This document shows positions 1 to 64,000 of a stretch of DNA of 64,000 nucleotides, piece by piece (the first letter of the stretch is position 1; each line of letters starts with the position of its first letter). The stretch covers positions 14,200,001 through 14,264,000 of the forward strand of contig CM052818.1 in the NCBI GenBank assembly GCA_028534125.1, written 5' to 3'. The position numbers and the translations under genes are program-made. Origin of the DNA: Lama glama. Its lineage: Eukaryota. Under the pieces are notes generated by a model, which saw only the letters and a list, made by a program, of their open reading frames with translations, made no database searches and was not told the DNA's origin.

Positions 1-279
1 ACCCACGAAAGGTCCTGAAGCTGAGATAACCAGTGTATATTCTTTTCACTCCACCTTCTACACACCCTCAGCCCATCCTGTGTCTCTTCCATCTGTAACT
101 AAGGCCTATCCAACACCAAATTGGGCAGGACTACCTACCCACCTCCACATACTCCCACCCCCTTGGGTGAGATTTGATCCCTTCTTTCATCTTTGAGAAT
201 TCCGCTGACATTCATTTTAATGTGATATTACAGGAATATAATATTTGAGGGGAGAGGAAGTGAAGGAGCATGTTATGTG

Positions 280-59972
<59,693 letters not shown>

Positions 59973-60739
59973 CTAGAAAATAAGTGATTAAACAAATATA
60001 TCAAAAAATAGAGTATTCTGATGCATCTCATTGTTGTTATTTATTTGTTAATGTTTCAATATTTTATATAATTTTCTATAGGTAAACTAAATACACATAA
60101 TTTAACTTGTTTTGCTGTGACAGCAGAGAATTGCAAAACATTTTAACTATTAGCAGTATTAAAAAAAAAACTTGTAACAATACTTTTTAAACTTTCAAAG
60201 TTTCAAAATTCCAAAAATTTGCTAAATGTTCAATGTTCTTTTAATATAAAATGTCAGTGTTCTCAGAACTGGAATAAAATTGATGAATCAATTTTCGTTT
60301 AATTTCTTGTCAAATTATAGCACTAGTACAGGTTCACTGTAAAGAAGTTCAGAAATAGAGAAAAGTGAAAAGAGGCAAATTGAAATTATTCACAACCTCC
60401 TGTTAACATGTTAATATGTCTTCTAGGTATTTTTTGGTGTGTGTGTATATATATTTATACATATAATTTCTAACTAAAATGTTACAAATCTTCACTGTAG
60501 AATCTTTACTGAGAAATATGATTCTAAATATAAATTATATTTACATATAGCCAAATAACTGACCTGGCTTTTCAGTTTTAGTTGCATAATTTATCATATG
60601 GAAGATCATAAACATAAAACTTGAGCTACTTTATATAAGGTAGTAGGGAGATTCCCATGGTTATGTAGAAATTAAGTTTTCACTTTGACATAGTTTTTTT
60701 CAATGTGCAAACTTGTGTAACTTTGAATGTAGCTCAAAT

Positions 60740-60945
60740 GCCATGAATGTAGCCTCTCACAATTTATAAAGACTCTTTACGTATGTTTGGTTATTTGATC
60801 TTCATAATACCCTTAAAAATAGGCTAAGGTAAATACTGTCCCCATTTAGAAGTGAGGGAAAGAAGGCGTAAGTGACTTGCCAAAGGTAAGGGTTCAACAG
60901 GGGTTTCACATGAAAAAATATTGAAATCTTGATCTTTTAAATCCA
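60740..60945 (-). mobile_element. MIR
   Basis: ttatttgatcttcataataccct...tccccatttagaagtgagggaa...taagtgacttgccaaaggt. Confidence 0.6.
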
Positions 60946-63369
60946 ACACAGAAGATACATATAAAACAAAAGAGATCATCTTAAGGCAGCATCTTCACAC
61001 TACAGACAAGAGGTAAGGGAATTCAAAGATAGAGAATCACATAGAATTAACTGGAATGAGCAAGAACAGGATTTGGATCAGCAGTGAGGAAAAAAACTGG
61101 ATCATGGTTTAGGAGAGCAGGGTTAGGTAAACCCAGGTGACAGAAAAAGTGTGAAAAGTCAGTGACAACTCTAATATTCTGTGCCTGCAGAAGAGGAAAA
61201 CTAGGGGTCCTCACAGAGGAGCAAACTGAGTACTTGAGGAAGCCTTTCTGGTGGGTCGCACCATTCGGGGGGCCAGGGCTCAGGCAGCTGTGGAGGCGGT
61301 GGCCCTTAAGAAGGATGAGACAGATGTGCAATTATCTGAGACAAGATTCTTCTCCCACTAAGGAGGAAAGTGTCAGCTCTGGTGATTTGTTTCTTTGGGT
61401 ATTATTTTTATGAAAAGGTGATAAACTATATATCAAAAGAAGAAAGAGATCTAGGGAAAAGGCAGTCAGATATACGTTTTGGGAAAACATTAAAGTATTA
61501 ACTCTGAACCTGAACAAACCATTAGACATAAACAGGTGTACATGCATGCCAAAAAACTTGCTGTTCCATGGTGATGCTTAAGGCAGACACTTCCTTCTAT
61601 GTCTCCCCATGGATGAAGATTAAAAGGAAAATAACTATTTGGTAATCATTATCCCTTTAACTTGGGATGCACACTTCAGCCTGAGTTCTTGAAACATTTC
61701 TAGATGCACAACTACAAGAGAGACCACTATCCTCAGACACAAAGATCATTCTGTAATTACCCAGTCAGATGGTACGATGTCAACATGAAACATTCCAAAT
61801 AATCAAATGATTCTCTAAAAAGTCACACATAACTGTAATGACAGGATAGGTATGAGATTTTCTGCTAATGGCTAATAAATGGCTAATCTCTGAGATACTA
61901 TCTCTTCTTGAGAAGCCCTTCATGTTTGGAAAACAGTAACATTAGGGTAGCAACAAACCAGTAAATCCACACAAATGAAAAGGCATTGTTCATCTTCTCC
62001 AATCTCCATTCACAGATTGTAATGCAAATTCTGTTAGAACTGGCAGGTACCTGGGAGTTTATCTGGCCCTACATAATCCCCAAAGTCCCTTCTGTCGATG
62101 ACTAGAGACTGGAAAAAGATCAACCACACCCACCTGGTAGGACACCCACCTGGTAGGCTTGTTACTATACATCCAGCCAAGCAGAAGAGACGAAGCTCAA
62201 CTGTTACTGTTTTTCAAGCATTCGTTTCAGATCACTGTAATTTGCCTGTGTGCCAAACACTGGGGATTTTGCAAAACCAGAAAGGATTTTACCCTAGCTA
62301 CAAAAATTGCACATAGAAATATTTTCTTGGAGTGCATCAAAGATTCTGCATTCACCTTGTGACTGGAATTGATTCATTTGTTGTTAGGCAGCTTCGGGGG
62401 GGGAAAAAACTGGGGATCCTGGAAGTGGATGTAGAAAACACAGATAGTGAAAATAATTTGTTAAAGCTTGCTGAAATTTGTTGTGGATTTCCTTCTAACC
62501 AAAACTAATAAAGAATGGCTGGATGGGCATTTGCAGATTCCTCTATTTGAGGCAAAAATGCTTGCTTTTGCTTAGAAAAAAATGCCTAGGTCTGCTAAAA
62601 TACAATTAACATTTAACAGGACAAGTGGCTCTTAGTGTTTTCAAATGAAGTTCCAGGGTTTTATCTGTCTCCGCTTTTAGAACTAACTGATTAAAAGTCA
62701 GAGTTAACCAAGGATGGAAAGAAATAGGGAAGAAGCTGGAGAAATCTATTAAAGTAGATAATCTATTATTTTTAGTAATCTGGTTTGTGTAGGGGGGGAG
62801 GGATTAAGCCAAGACAGATCATTAAAGAAATTTCTAAGAGAAGAGAGCTCGACAAAGGGAGTCAGAGACTAAGTTTAAATCTTACCTGAGCCACAATTTT
62901 TGTGGTCCTAGCAAATGGGAAAAGAAATTAATAATATTGGGCCCTTACTGGCTCCATATGCTGTTTAATGTAACTCTTAATAAATTCAGGAGGTAGCTAT
63001 CACCATCCTATTTTTTTCTTTTTTTTTTAAGAAAGAAATTCAGTTTCAGGGAGATAAAATAGCTTTCCCAGAATCAAGTAGAGGGAGATAGAACCAGGAT
63101 TCAAAGCTAAACAGCCTCCTAGGTCTTGGTTTCCTCACTGTGAAATATGCAGGTTGGATGATGGCTCCCAGGCCTCAGCTTTGTTTCTTTTTTTGTTGTT
63201 ATTTATCCTTACCCCAGTCCTATACCACTAACTTTTGTAACCTCATAATATGCTTTAGTAAATAGTAGTGCATGTTCCTCTTCGTTATCCTTTATCCCAA
63301 AGTTTTTAAGTTACTCTGACGTTTATCCTTCTAGATTAACTGAGAGTAACTTAAATGGAAATATTGTCA

Positions 63370-63580
63370 GATAACAAAACTTCTAAAGATTTTAATTGAA
63401 CTTGTATTAAACATAAATTAATTTGGAGAGAAATGATACATTTATAATTTTTAGACTCCATGTCCAGAATCAAGGTTGTGTCTCTCCATTTGCTCAAGTC
63501 TTCTTTTCTATTTCCCTGCCAAGTTTTATACTATTCCTTACATTAAGTCTTGCATATCTGTTATATTTATTTCTGAGCAT
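63370..63580 (-). mobile_element. Old L1 fragment in EML6-sense orientation
   Basis: taaattaatttggagagaaatgatacattt...tctctccatttgctcaagtcttctttt (reverse of L1 ORF2). Confidence 0.65.
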
Positions 63581-64000
63581 TTTATCATCTGCCCCTTTCT
63601 AACCATTCAGTGGGAATATGAGACAAATCATGAAAAACTAGACTAAAAGGTCAAAAGAACTGGAAAACAGGAGGAGTTGGTTGGAGGAGTAACAGAGATA
63701 TCGACTCTGTTCATACAGAATCACATCATGTTTGTAGCAGCAGAGATCCACGCATGCTCTATTCAAGCAAGTAAGCCTTACATTCTCTTATTTCTGGACT
63801 TTAACTCATACGATCTACAAACCTACAGACAGAAGATCCTGGGCCATAACCCAGAATCCAGGAGAAATGTTTGCTATGTCAAAGCAAAGGATGTTGATGG
63901 TGTCAATTCTGCCACCCATGTAAAAAAACAGAAAGAAGCAAATAGAGGCAGGTCCTGGGCCACCGGTAGTATTCCAGGCTATGTTGTCTAGAGGAAGAGA

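Noticed and set aside
60000..64000. Next upstream EML6 exon
   Set aside because: No matching WD40-coding segment found; it probably lies beyond the window.

Overview
Mammalian genomic DNA, most likely a camelid (two Vic-1-type tRNA-derived SINEs). The whole window lies inside one minus-strand gene, EML6 (echinoderm microtubule-associated protein-like 6; EML5 is the less likely paralogue). I traced 16 consecutive internal coding exons from 59972 down to 1258. They total 2457 nt (819 codons) and splice into one open frame, using one GC-AG intron. They encode most of the first HELP/WD40 (TAPE) module, the acidic linker and the first part of the second module. Start and stop codons lie outside the window. 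The introns hold L1, L2, MIR, MaLR/ERVL LTRs and MER DNA-transposon fossils, plus a 500-N assembly gap. I found no convincing new biological system. The most notable points are: a young, probably full-length L1 with a perfect 13-bp TSD and a candidate 3' transduction, collapsed into the gap; the obligatory GC donor; an L1 fragment inserted right beside a 5' splice site; a MER53 hairpin; a promoter-like motif cluster antisense to EML6; and a strong CTCF motif. Repeat subfamily names and exon numbers are from recall, not from a database search.
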